Shown here in pieces: positions 13,653-26,142 of a stretch of 64,000 nucleotides of DNA. Position 1 is the first letter of the stretch; every line of letters starts with the position of its first letter. The DNA comes from Paraphysomonas bandaiensis (taxonomy: Eukaryota > Protista > Chrysophyceae): contig CBFFRP010000406.1 in the NCBI GenBank assembly GCA_965644295.1, positions 372,001 to 436,000 on the forward strand, written 5' to 3'. The position numbers and the translations under genes were made by a program. The notes beneath the pieces are model-generated. The model saw only the letters and a program-made list of their open reading frames with translations. It made no database searches and was not told where the DNA came from.

Positions 13653-14342
13653 TAATTAAAGTCATTAATCATTGTTTTCATTGTCACTCTTTCGTTTCTG
13701 TTGAAATATTTTTTATAGCAGTGACATATCATCTTATTGTAGTATGCTCTAGTTGTTGGTTCATAGTTCATAGGTCCAAGAACTACAATAATCAATAAGT
13801 CAAACATACAATGTATACAACCATAGAATACACAACAGAAAGGTAATACGAGAAAGGATAAAATAATTAGAGAGCAGGTTATAGAAGTCACAACTACTTG
13901 TGTTCTGGATTAATTAAAAATATATATGTGACACTCGAGAAAAGTTTGTGTTTAATTTCGCACTGTAGACCTAAACATCTAAACAGCACCAAAAAAATAA
14001 TACGTAAACTTTGATAGTTTCGTAATTAGACTTGATTGGTTATATTTATTAGACTTGTTAGTAAACACAGAATTTACACTCAAACCTGTACAACATGCTG
14101 TTTACTTACCGAGTACGCGTCCTAATTAGTCTTATCTATTAAGAAAATAAACAAGACAAATTCAAATAAACTAAATTTTCAAAAGAGCTATTTACAGCAG
14201 ATATCAACAGGGAAGTATTCACAACAATTAGTAGTCATTTACAATTTCAATGCACAAAAAGGACAATCAAACTTACTTCGCTTCTACCAGTATGAAACTA
14301 TGGACTCCACGGAGTATGAAATGCATATTGACAAACGATAAA

Positions 14343-15440
14343 CTATGAACTGGGAGAAGCATTACTGCCCTCTTTGTTTCGAATATACCATTCTCTCAGC
14401 TGCGCAGTTGAAAGACCACCAGCAGCCACATCGAAGTCGTTCAATGATGACATTGTGGAGATGGCATTAAGATGGTGAGAATGGACCGTTACTGAATCAC
14501 CGGCAGTAACTTCTACTACCGCATCGCCTGCAGTATTAGTCGTAGGTTGAATATTGCTACTGGATTTACTGGCCACTTCGGACTGATTTACCATCGGCTC
14601 TCGTAATTCATCAATACTACTCTTACATTTTTGAGGGGTATCACGTGCTGTTGACATTGTGTGCCGACGAGAATTAATAGCATTGTGTACAGGTGTCTCC
14701 ACACTCGTGCGTAATACAGGGGTACTCATGGTTGAAATTTTTCTACTGCTACTTTTCGGACGCTGTGAAGTAGAGCAGCGAGATTTTTTCTTGACGTTCT
14801 GTTGAGTTGGAGTGGACTGTTGCTGAATAGGAGGTAGTGCATTAGACACTTCAATATTAGGTACCCACACAGAGTACGCCCATCGATCCAAAGACAAAAT
14901 GGACTTAAATATTTTGGATGGCAGACATTTCTGAAATAAGGTATATCCTGCAATAACTTTGTCCATATCGGGATTAGAAAATTTTTGTACTTCTTGGGCC
15001 AGAGATTCTGGCACTGTGACAGGGTCTTTGGGTTTACCCGTAGACAAAGGAAGTAAAAAAACATTTCGACGAAACACGGCGAAATTGAAATATTTGCGAA
15101 GCGGCGACGAATTTACGAATTCGGTGCTTTTGATCATTTCCAACAGGTAGTCGCCATTCAGCAACGTAGGACGTTTGACTTTAACAAACATTTTCTGCCA
15201 CTCTATTATTTGCTCCAGAACGTCAAAAGTAATTTCCCTAATCTCATTTAACAACCGCATACCCGCAAGAATATTTTCATTGTCAAACGACTTCCGCTTT
15301 TCGCTTATCGCCTTGTCGAGCTCTTGGTACTGAGACAGCAGCATTTCTCTTACCGTTGTAAGCTCAACGAGACGAAACTCAAGGTCATGATTCTTCGTTT
15401 TCTGAATATATACAGCTGTTTTGGAAGGCTTCCCATTCAT
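14343..15440 (-). CDS. Hypothetical protein, helical N-terminal domain plus Ser/Thr-rich disordered tail; may have an upstream exon
   Basis: 365-codon ORF with protein-like composition. Confidence 0.7.
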   Translation of the reverse strand: MNGKPSKTAVYIQKTKNHDLEFRLVELTTVREMLLSQYQELDKAISEKRKSFDNENILAGMRLLNEIREITFDVLEQIIEWQKMFVKVKRPTLLNGDYLLEMIKSTEFVNSSPLRKYFNFAVFRRNVFLLPLSTGKPKDPVTVPESLAQEVQKFSNPDMDKVIAGYTLFQKCLPSKIFKSILSLDRWAYSVWVPNIEVSNALPPIQQQSTPTQQNVKKKSRCSTSQRPKSSSRKISTMSTPVLRTSVETPVHNAINSRRHTMSTARDTPQKCKSSIDELREPMVNQSEVASKSSSNIQPTTNTAGDAVVEVTAGDSVTVHSHHLNAISTMSSLNDFDVAAGGLSTAQLREWYIRNKEGSNASPSS

Positions 15441-16946
15441 ATTGGGCGTCAGAGCCTATAACTCCAGAGCGCTCTTCAAATGACGACTGAATTCAGTATT
15501 AACGAATATAATGAAGATTGTCAATGGAAGAATATAACGCACAGGCATTTACATTCATCTTCATTCTTCCTGCATGAGAGTATAACCCCATTGGTAATGT
15601 TTTGTGCACCCCATGTGTAGATGTGTAGATGTGTAGTTAATGTGGCAACAGGTTCAGAACTACAGCAATAACTGCTAGGTATCTGCGTATACATGTATAT
15701 ACACTACTATATACGTTGTAGGATTCCTACAAGCATCATAGTCTAATCTACTGTATTTCAGCAGTTATACGGCAATGTACAGCAGTACTCTCTCTATTTT
15801 GGTGTTGGCTGCCATGCATATCCATATGCGGTATGGATATCTAGATATGAGAAACGAGGGCATTGAACATCCAACACTCACACTTCGCTCTTATCCTCAT
15901 CATGGATTTGACACCACTGACGAAGTCTAATTAGAAGTGCGTCACAGAAGCTGAAGAAGTTTCTCCAGCAGTGACAATATAACAATCACAGATATAATGC
16001 TTCAGAAGAAGCAGGAATCAGAATAGGAAGGAACGTTCCGAATATGCGGAATCGTATCTTACTTATCTATAGAGGAAAAGCAAGCAGAATCCGTCCCTTT
16101 ATAGAAGGCAAGTATGGGGTCAAATAATAATTTACTATGGAAGAGGAAGAATACGATGAGGTCAATGACGTCACATCGACCATCAACTGCACTATCGACT
16201 ATAACTGAAACAATTGGACTCGCAGAGCAGCTATTGGTTTAGACTACGTGTTTCATGGCTACATGGGTATCTGTGACCTGAACGTACACTGGCGGTGGGG
16301 TTTGCGCGTATTTTGGAACGGCAACAATCTCTACTAATAACTAACATAGCATTTCTTTTGACGCTTGAGGCTTGCTGCTGTTGTTAGTCATTACTCTGGT
16401 TTTGATGCGATCATTGCACAACAAACTAATATGATACGGAGCAGAGGATCCTCTGAATCCACTCGGAAGAAGACCCAGACAGTAAATTACACTGCCATCA
16501 ATTCTTCGGCCATCATCGTTGCTTAATATACTGTATAAATACAGAGTATAATTACTTTGCTTAGTTGTGTACTGCAGCTTCTTTCGACTTTGTGGGAAAA
16601 TAGTTTTTATGAATGTTTTCTAGGTGAAATATGCATATTTTCAATGATTTTTTTAGAGTTTTTGTGTATATGAGCACTGTACGTTGCTATATGAATACTC
16701 AGGAAACTATTCTCTAACTCTAGAGAGCATTGAAGATAATAAACAGAGTTACCACAAAGTACCTGTATAGTTGCATGAAGATTGTTGTCTAGTATTGTTT
16801 AGAGTTTCTTCGGAGTGTAGAAGAGGTAGTACATTTTATCTTAAAATCACTCAGTTCTATACATAGTATATAGCAGTATGGGATGCAATTAGCGGTCCAT
16901 TAATGGTTACTGGTAGTCCAGTTCCCGGGAATAATAATTAGACTAA

Positions 16947-18661
16947 ACCATAGTCTGTAACCATAGTCTGTAACCAATGATATAAAATTGAATTATTACT
17001 ACACTGAGTAAACCAATCACGGTACCCCTCTATTCTATAGTTTCTTTAGATAGAGTATCAGCATGTGTGTACATTTCGCTAGCTAATGCGTTACAGAAAC
17101 TATAATAATCAATACTATTTGTATCTATCGAACGAATATTACAATACGCATGGAATGTATTTTGCAGAACACAGCCGAACGCAAACGAGCTAAACTTTCC
17201 TCTTTCGCCTAGATGCCCTCCACCACCATGCCGATGAGGCCATATCCTCTCTTTAATCTGTAAATTGAATACACCACATGCTGCAAACATCTTACCATAG
17301 TCGGAGCACACAGGCAGAGAATTGGTGGTAGACCTCGTAGGTGATCTATGATAAGCATTGGACAAGGCGGTATATTTCTTGCCATCCTTCGTATAAGAAT
17401 GAACTATGAGTTCTTTACGCTGTTGATTCCACAGCCCATTCCACTGTCCTCGTATATTGACACCTTCACGAACTTTACGAGTGAGTGCTTGGAAGCGCTG
17501 TGGATTCACAGCCCCGATATATTTCACTTTCTTCCTTGCAAGTCCCTCTCGTGCAGCTTCATCAAGATAATACGAGTCGAATACAAGAACAGTGCTACTC
17601 ATTCGTGTAGAATTAAAAGAGTGTATGATTTTGCCCCAGTGTTCCACTACAGCGCTGACAGGTATAGACTCTCCTAGATCAGCTATGGCATCATGCAACC
17701 ACATGTCCAGCATGTATGCGTGTTTATTGGAGAGCTTCACACACAACTCATACACCCATTCGTTCAGGCTTCATATAAACTACTCTTATATTAGGACTAT
17801 AGCCTATAAATCACTTGTTAACAGTAATATTCAATTGATCGATATACACACCTGAAAAATGCAGCAACTTCTCATCGCCAGCTACAACATTGCCAATACC
17901 ACGTAAATAGATCTAAAATTATGAGAAAACTGCTTGGAATATCGACTATCAAATAAAAAATTCGTTGTCACAATTTCCATGAAGCGTATGCCCAGAGAAT
18001 CAATCCTTGGATAACAATCCTTAAAGTGGTCTCGTTACCATATAAGTTGCTCACGCAATGGTCGCGAATGACGTAATACACCTCTTGGGGCATGTTGTTC
18101 TCCATAAATTCGAATCCAAATTGCAAGAAGCTTATATATAGAACACAATGAAAGCAAAATTACTGATCCACAGTCATATCTCAAGTCGACAGGGTCAATA
18201 TCCTGGGCAATTTTCGTCACAAGGGATACTGTAACAAAACGCAAGAATATCTTGAGGAAGCTGGCAGTGCGAAAATTAAACGTAGGGTATCGATCTGCAT
18301 CAACCGTATGAGGCAGATGGAATGACTCATTGGCCGAATCAATTGGTCTCCAACGCCCAGTGATCTCTATTTCCTGAGCACGCTCTGAGCTTCTTGTCGC
18401 GTCATCTTCATCGTTGCAAAGAGAACCTGATTTGCGCTTTCGAAATGCCGTGTTAAACTATGAGTGAATGGAGAATATAATGAACGTACCAGCACATTCA
18501 TTTGACCTGCAATTCGCTGACTCAACACTGTGATATGAAGTGTGAAGTGTGAATCACATTGTCTGATTTCGACTGATTTTATGACAGTTATTTTATGTAT
18601 GAAAATCGACGTTATTTTCAGTTTTTTAAAAAATTTTTTCAGTATGGTTGCAGACTATGGT
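16947..18661 (-). mobile_element. piggyBac-like DNA transposon, defective
   Basis: 17-bp TIRs ACCATAGTCTGTAACCA / TGGTTGCAGACTATGGT (16/17), flanked by CTAA (16943-16946) and TTAA (18662-18665). Contains a transposase remnant. Confidence 0.8.
17030..17755 (-). pseudogene. piggyBac-family transposase, C-terminal fragment
   Basis: VLVFDSYY...YIGAV resembles the DNxF/Y...GT motif, and DYGKMFAACG resembles YNxxMGGVD. The upstream coding region is broken by stops. Confidence 0.7.
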
Positions 18662-19241
18662 TTAATGTAAATGGAATTAATGACAAATGTCCCGGAAATT
18701 ATAATGGCATTACCATTAATGTCATTGCCATTAACGGTACCAGGCCCTGTTATTAGGTTGTTAGCATTTGTCTCTAGCAGGTAACTGACGCAATTTAACT
18801 GAAAAATATAGTATATATTGAAGCTATTATGTATGGAGAAGATATTGGGAATTGGTGGTTGCTGCTCTGCAACAACAATACAACGTCACTAATTTACTAT
18901 CTTTTCTAAGATATTTCAGCAAGTACCCAATCTTACAAAACTTAACTTAAATATCTTCCTTCGTTAGAATGATGACATCAATAATCCCAAGCGCATAATT
19001 ACTATGACAATAAACTGATAACATTTCTGCGCAAATCAATAGTTCCTACTACTATCTTAATACTTATGGCAGTATTGAATTCAAATAACAAGCCAACATA
19101 CTTGCTTGCTAAAAGTTTCTTTACTATAATAGCTCGTATAATCGCTCCAACAAGTCAGTATCATTACCTTCCGTATGTGGTACTTAGTATATCGCATAGT
19201 CGCAGAGTAACAATGGTGATGATAATGTATGTGCTGACTCC

Positions 19242-22200
19242 TTACACAAGGTTAATCTTAAATTTCGCTGGACCGGGTTTACCAGTTGACGATCCTTTGG
19301 AACTAGTTTTGGTACCCTTCCGCACCATGTCAATATTTTTCGAGAGGCGGTTGGAAGACATTGATGGAAGTGGAGCTACAATGGATGTGTAAACTTGATT
19401 AGCCAATGAAAGCGTCGCTTGGGAAGTTTCATAGGCTGAAGGGTCTCCGCCATCCACATCACATACCTACCAATGAAATTAAAAGACGCCGACACATATA
19501 TGCCAAAGATAGTGTACGTCGAAAATATACACACATGTTCATATATTTCTAATCTTATAGATATTATATCACTACGCCCGAACGTACCAAAGCCATTTTG
19601 CCACTGGTCGATAAGCACGGTTGCAATACATATGTCAATTTGGTATTACGGTACGGAATATGAGCTTGTCGTTTGCTGATAGCATTGAAAATGTCCAAAA
19701 AACACTGCAGGCTTCTAGATTGCGAGATTTTTTCCACACCACCCAAGTGCCCCAAAGTAAAGTGACCAGAAACGTTTTCGGAACCCCTTGTGCCTGTGAT
19801 GTGAAGAGCAAAAAGGAAATGCGCAACGGATTCAGAACTCTGAGAAGTAAAACCATTGCGGACTTGGCTTGCTATCGCGGATATCTAAAAAATAAAATAA
19901 GAGCAAACCAATCTTTATACGTATATTTCAATTGTAAACTATAGTGTCGATGAATGCGTGTGCGTATCCCAATGTAATGATTTCAACCTGTTCATTATCT
20001 CGAAGATTTAAGGTAATTTTGGTAATATTGGTGATCGACACACTACCATCTGCATTCTTCTTAATCTCGTGTGCACTATCGTTCCCCATATTTCCACCAA
20101 ACATGTCCTATAATTCAGAAATCTTAAAAATCGTGTCTAGTACATTTATTCCCTTCGCATTGGCATGTCACACTAGAGGTGTACACGCTATGTACTTTTC
20201 ATTCGTACTACCATAAACATCTACATATATACCTGAATTACTTCTTCGTGTATCCTAATAAAACTCACATGGGCTTCATACATTGCCCCGCTGTCGACAC
20301 TTCGCAGTTTACCTACACAGAACAGCAGGATAAGGACAATACGCAACCAATCATGTTAACATATCAACTAGAGACTGAAAATATTGAATCTTCATATCCA
20401 AAATGGTTTTGAATATATTGGGAAGAGCATGTATACATATACAATACTACTACATTGTACATGCGCAGCTCACCAATTGCAGTGTCCAGTAATATGTATA
20501 GCAACCCGGAGTCAGGGCTCTTAGAAGTTCCAAATATTATGTCTGCGCGCTTAGAGCTGGTCTGTTCATTCCATTAGTAAGGGTTTCTATTATTTTTTAC
20601 ATAGCTCGTTTGTAGTATTAAGCATGACAAAGAACTCACCTGGCCACATGAGAGCACAGCCGCATGATGACCAGAAATTGAATGATCGAGGCACTCATCC
20701 AATGATACGGCAAGTTGAGACGGTAAGTCTAACTCATTCGCATTCAACACCTGTCAAAGAGATATGTTAAACTACATATAAAATTCGAATATGCACGAAT
20801 AATATATATACACTATCATGTGTATTGCAGTTCATACATAGTATTAAGAAAGTGCAATGTACACCTTATCATATATAAACTTATGCACAGCTTGTTCCGA
20901 TGCTCCATTAGTAGCCTCGCCTGTATCTATACTTCCACTAGCAGTTACTTTGAGAGACATACCATCACTCAATAGCTTCATAAAGGGAATAGCTTCAGAA
21001 GTGCGCGATGACTTCGATACCGCAGCATCTGTGTAACCAGAAATGAAATCAGAAACAAACACATAGTAGACTATACTGAAGTATAATATTCCGATGTTAT
21101 ATTAACAGTATAGTGAGTCAAAGCTGCTACAATATTCGAATAGGCAACATATTGCAGTGCGTAAGTCATTCAAATAGGCACCATACATACCTCTGACACA
21201 AACATACACCCTTATCCAGTACATAGCATTTCCTCGCGCCTCGTTGAGGGATATTTGCGCCTTTCTGGTCTCCGCTTGCCATTCCACAATAGTATTTTCT
21301 AACTCCCACAATGCTGACTTTGGTGTGCTTGCTGATGCGGTAGCCATTCGTCCAGAGCGGTATTCATCGAGTTGCTTCTCTAACTTCGATTTCTCAACGA
21401 CCACTTCCTCAAGTTGCCTTCTAGAAAGCTCCATCTCTTCTTCAACCTATATAATGAGCTGAATTAGCATGCAAAAGTAGAAGCCACAGAGTATAACCAC
21501 TGTACTACGCACCTGTTCCGACAGTTTGTTCCACTCCGCTTCAGCGGCAAGTCTATTTTGCTGCTCCTGTCGTGCTCTTTCCTCAGCCTCTTTTCTCAAA
21601 CTTTTCTCCACTACATATATAATGGATCAATATTTTCATTGGTATATGCAGAATCACACACGAGCGATAATTTTTTTCCTCACCTTCATCTCCACTTTTT
21701 TCGTCTAACAACTTCCTCAACATCTCAATTTCCTTACTTTGTCTGGATAACTGCTCATTCTTCCGATGTATTTCATCGTATAATCCCTGCATCACTTTTT
21801 CCATTGCTTGGATGTCGTTGGAAGAACCAGGGGCTAAGTTGACATCATGTGTAGAGCCGCTTTGCTCCAGACGACTTTTTAAGTTGGAGTTTTCAGCTTT
21901 CAAATCTTTGAGCTTTTTCCTCGTCTCACTACAAGAAAAGCGTTTAGAATACGAATACAGTACCACAGAGTTTATCATGGAGTGCACATCAATATGTTAT
22001 ATTCCACAAAACTATGGCAGTACCTCAACTCTTCCCACAGAGAGTTCGTTCTCTTCGCATCCATGTTCATCTGCGCCAGTTCTTCTCCTGACCCTCCGAG
22101 CATACTACTTAGCTCCTTCAATTCCAACGCCTGCTCCTGCATAAGTACACGAAAACAAGAGTAATCAAACAATGGTAAGTGCAGTCCATATGAGGGATTA

Positions 22201-23037
22201 TAAATTTTATAGACAAGACATGAACAATGGTAAGTCAACATTAGTTTTATCCACGCTAGTGATCCCAGTTGCACATTTGCTACCTGTATCTTCTTTTCTT
22301 TGGCTTCTACTTCAGCTTTGAAGGCTCTCCGCTCCTTGTCTTTGGCAGCCAATCTCAGTTTCATAACCCTAAATATAAAGCGGTTACATTAAAATAACAT
22401 TTCTTGAATCAATAGATCTATCTTACTTCAGATCATCCTCTAACTTATCAGCACGCGAAGACGAGTCCTCTAAATGAGCCGACTTCTGCTGTAATTGGAA
22501 CAAAATATTCATACTTTGCTGTAGCTCTTGAGATGCCGTTATTGTGGCATCCTTGTAGCGCTCTTCGATCAAGACACATTTCTCCCGCAAAGTGATAATT
22601 TCTTCCGACTGTGTTTTGAGAACAGTCTTCAGCTCCTGAATCAAAGGGTTCTGATTGCTAGTATCAGCTAGATTACGCTGCGAAGCCATACTGCTTGAAG
22701 CAGTGGCACTCGAACTACCCAGAATCTTTTGTATATCATCCTGAGAATATGAAAAATGGTTCTCAAACAAATCGTCGAGTTTATTGTAACCGGATTTCAA
22801 ATTTCGCGCAGATGAAGCACTCGGCAAATGTCTATTCGAAGTTGCCAAGTGTCGAGGAGAGCTCCTTCGAGGGGAGGCCGACCGAGTTAATGAATTCGAG
22901 CTACGCCCTACACTGGTTAAATTATTCGTCGACCGACTAAACAACGATGATCGGGAATTGCGGGTTTTAGACATGGCAGAAGGGGGGTCCTGCAGCATCT
23001 CTTGCTCCACCTGAAGCTTTCGCATGTTGCTTGCCAT
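19242..23037 (-). CDS. Kinesin-14-like protein (N-terminal tail, coiled coil, C-terminal motor-homology domain) with degenerate ATP-binding motifs; more than 10 exons
   Basis: Neck LNEARGNAMYWIR (cf. LxELKGNIRVFCR), FIYDK|V, GHHAAVLSCGQ|TSSKRAD, VSFIRIHEEVIQ|DMF, HEIKKNADGSVSITNIT, HIPYRNTKLTYVLQPCLSTSGK and ETSQATLSLANQV, all in kinesin order. Confidence 0.85.
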
Positions 23038-23576
23038 AACTAATAATTAAATTACAAATATAACCCCATTATAATAGATATCTAAAACATATTGTCTTAA
23101 CAGCACTCAGATGACCATATATTAATAAAGCTACATGGTAGCATCATTAATTCCGGTCATTGATTTACCGCAAGCAGCCTCACAGTATAACTCTCGTCAG
23201 AATCTTATCATTAAAAGCTGCACTCCGGCTGCTGTATATGCATATATCGACGTACAAAAATCAAGAAAAAAAATCAACACTCTGAGACAAAATGAGAAGA
23301 GGGGATCCAGTCTCCCACTTCAAATAGGCCTTCACCACTGGGGTATCTTGTGAGGCCAGTTTTGGCAAACTGAATTTTTTGCGAAACTGCTTTGTTTTAT
23401 ATAAGATTTCAGCAAGTAACACGAACGCACAGTTGCGGCGTGGTAGCTCTAAGATTATATACTGACAGGCAGTGTCCAAACTTGTGGTATAAACCAAAGC
23501 TAGATAGTGTATGCATGCTCAGCTCATTATAACGCCTGTTTATTAAATATTGCGATTTGGTCTGCCATAAACTGAC

Positions 23577-24827
23577 ATGAACGAAGGCGATTTCTACTCC
23601 TCTAAGGTAAGCGACGAATTAGTAGCTGTGTGGTATTTTGTGTTACACTCATTGACGTCGACTCTTATGACGCATTTACTGTATCTTGTAGCGTGCGTTT
23701 CCCCTGGACTCTCGTACTGTATGGGTCGAGCAGCAACTTTGTCAGTCCGTTGTTCTTCCTCGTGATAATTTATATCTTGGCCCCGGCGAATATGACCCAA
23801 TTATTCCATCAGAACATATTACATCACCAGTCATGAGGCCTCCCACCACAGCAGATGATTTTCATCCCTATAGAGGCTCCTTATCTGGTATTTTACAATT
23901 ACATAGAGATAGTTACATATGGGTCTTTACTTCTATCTTTTTGTACCATTTTTCTTATGGAGCTGGACTCCAATTTACTCGACTTAGACTTTAATACAAT
24001 ATAAGCGTCATGATGTTCTTTTTCGCTCGGTTATGCTTATTGTGAATGCTATTGCGTAATTGTTATGATATGTGACTTCACTCAGCTCTGTTTTATATGT
24101 ATACAATTTAGAACCATACTAATTGGAAACTATCACAGGAACCCGTCGTCGAAGAGGAAAAGAGAAGCGACCCTACACTATGTCAAGTGATAATGGAGGC
24201 TTATCGTGCACACGTTCAGAGTTTGCTTCCATTTTCCACGACCACGACAAGCGTGTTCCAATAGACCCTTCGAGAAGATATTTTATATCACAGACACCTC
24301 TCCTCCCACCTGACCCATTCCTTTCTAAAAAGAATTTTCACGATGGACCACACCGGCCGGTGACAGTGAAAATAGCTCAAGCCAAGTACCAGCGTCCTCC
24401 TACAGTTGAAGCCGGGCCAGATTATGAACCGATGTATAACTCCAAACAAATACGTAGCGTTCCTAAACTTGGAAAGATGCCGAAAGCTAAGCGACCTGAA
24501 GCATTTCCTCCTCCTCCAGATTTCTCACTTCGCGAAGAAGAACTGGCTGCCCGATCGAAACAGATACAGAAACTTCCCTCCCATTCACAAGGCAGCAGTG
24601 TTCGTCCAGCTCCAGCCAAATTGAGATCTAGTCGTAGCATTCCCAAGTTTGATGCAACTTGCTACGAGAAGCAGCGCAAGGCAGCCCCACCCGACTTAAC
24701 TCCGTCGTTTGTTAATCGCCAAGCCAAAGTGGGTATATTTGGTAAAGTAACACTAAAGCCTCAGAGTTATCAGTCGACGTTTGTTCCGTCAGCATTGGGG
24801 GTACGATTGAAGAGAAATTCTATGTAA
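23577..24827 (+). CDS. Basic Pro-rich protein with SHIPPO/ODF3-like GPGxY motif; exons 23577-23606, 23692-23887, 24139-24827
   Basis: Three exons join in phase via GT-AG introns. Motifs LGPGEYDP and AGPDYEP. The gene is well supported, the family call is tentative. Confidence 0.6.
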
Positions 24828-25175
24828 ATAAAATATGAGTAATCTGTGTGCGTGGTGATGAAATACTATAGAATATTTCTTTCTTTTACAATGTATATGA
24901 CGAGTCCGTAATTAAGTGGTGAAGGTATAGTCTGTTAACTCTATAGGTGATAGCAAGCCAGCAAGTTCATCGTCGTATGTAGCAGATACGTTGATATACC
25001 GTTATACACCATGTGTGAAGTGCAAGAGCTGACAACTATAAACATGCCAAGTGCCAACCCATTTGCAAAATTGCTAGTGCTAAAACGGGGAAGAGAGTTT
25101 CCTTCGGAAAGAAATGTAATACGATATATGTAAAATGATATGACATCACATGGTTCGTAAATTGTTAAGTATATA

Positions 25176-25223
25176 ACTTACTTCTATTCACACTTAGTAG
25201 CAACTTACTATACTTCACTTACT
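25176..25223. repeat. 48-bp dispersed repeat, copy 1 (copy 2 at 60075-60122)
   Basis: ACTTACTTCTATTCACACTTAGTA(G/A)CAACTTACTATACTTCACTTACT, 47/48 identical. Confidence 0.85.
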
Positions 25224-26142
25224 ATTATATATCTATAACTTTGGTATAAACAGTTTACAATTGAGCTCACAATCTCACAACGCAATAAAAAGTTGAAAAA
25301 ATATATAAGTTTCAAAAAACTAATATGAGATTACTAACAAACTTAGATGTGAATACAAGATAATTTTAAAAAAATACATATTTATTATTATATATCTGGT
25401 ATTCACTTCATGTTTGTTAATCTTTGGATAATATCAACACTTTCAAAATCGGATAACATATTATTTCTTCCAACATGTTAAATATCCGATTAGGCTACTC
25501 CCTTTTTAATAGCACTGCTCACAGCCACTTTCTCACCAGTGATACTCTGTCCTGTCCTGGCATATTGCAGTATCTTGCTCCCTCGGCAAACCACTCCACT
25601 GAAATTCCGAATATAACCTCGTAACTTCACACAGCTGTTTTCATTTTCGCCAAACAAAAGTATTGTTAGTAAGCGTACAGATTGCGTGCTATGTGAATGA
25701 GCGATGAGATTAATACAACTGACACACAGCTGTACACGTGTACATCAGCCCAAAAGCTGTGATGACAGATATGTTGGTGCTCAATTCCACACCTCGCAGA
25801 TCCTGATGACTGGAAGTTGGGGCTATGATACACATGATTCCAATTTTCGTCATATGGATATGTGGTGCCTGCGGACCAACACTGCCTGTATGGTATCCTC
25901 CTGTGCATATCTATAGGAATACCTACTCCTGTGTACGTATGTCATGTTCAGAAAAGCTTGGAAATCCTTGTTTTTATGTTCCATTCTCTTGAAAATATAG
26001 AGCCAGAACGGTAGTTAGCACTGTATTAGCAATTGTATTCACATCTCCACATCACTCCTGCCACAGTCGTGTGCTGGGAGTTGGTTCTATTCATATCAGT
26101 CTACATTTTAATCTAATCGCCGAACTCATCAGAAATATTAAT

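Larger units (their letters stand above)
16874..18749. mobile_element. hAT-type MITE copy split by the piggyBac-like insertion
   Basis: The left part GGTCCATTAATGGT...TAGTCCAGTTCCCGG (16894-16928) and the right part CCCGGAAATTATAATGGCATTACCATTAA...TACCAGGCCCTG (18691-18749) match the two halves of the MITE at 60316-60411. The left terminus is degenerate. Confidence 0.7.

Noticed and set aside
15613-16520. ATGTGTAG x3 microrepeat and coding-like purine-rich stretch
   Set aside because: Short ORFs only, with no recognisable motif or consistent exon chain.
25500-25990. Possible small minus-strand gene upstream of RPN13
   Set aside because: Higher GC but no convincing spliced frame or motif.
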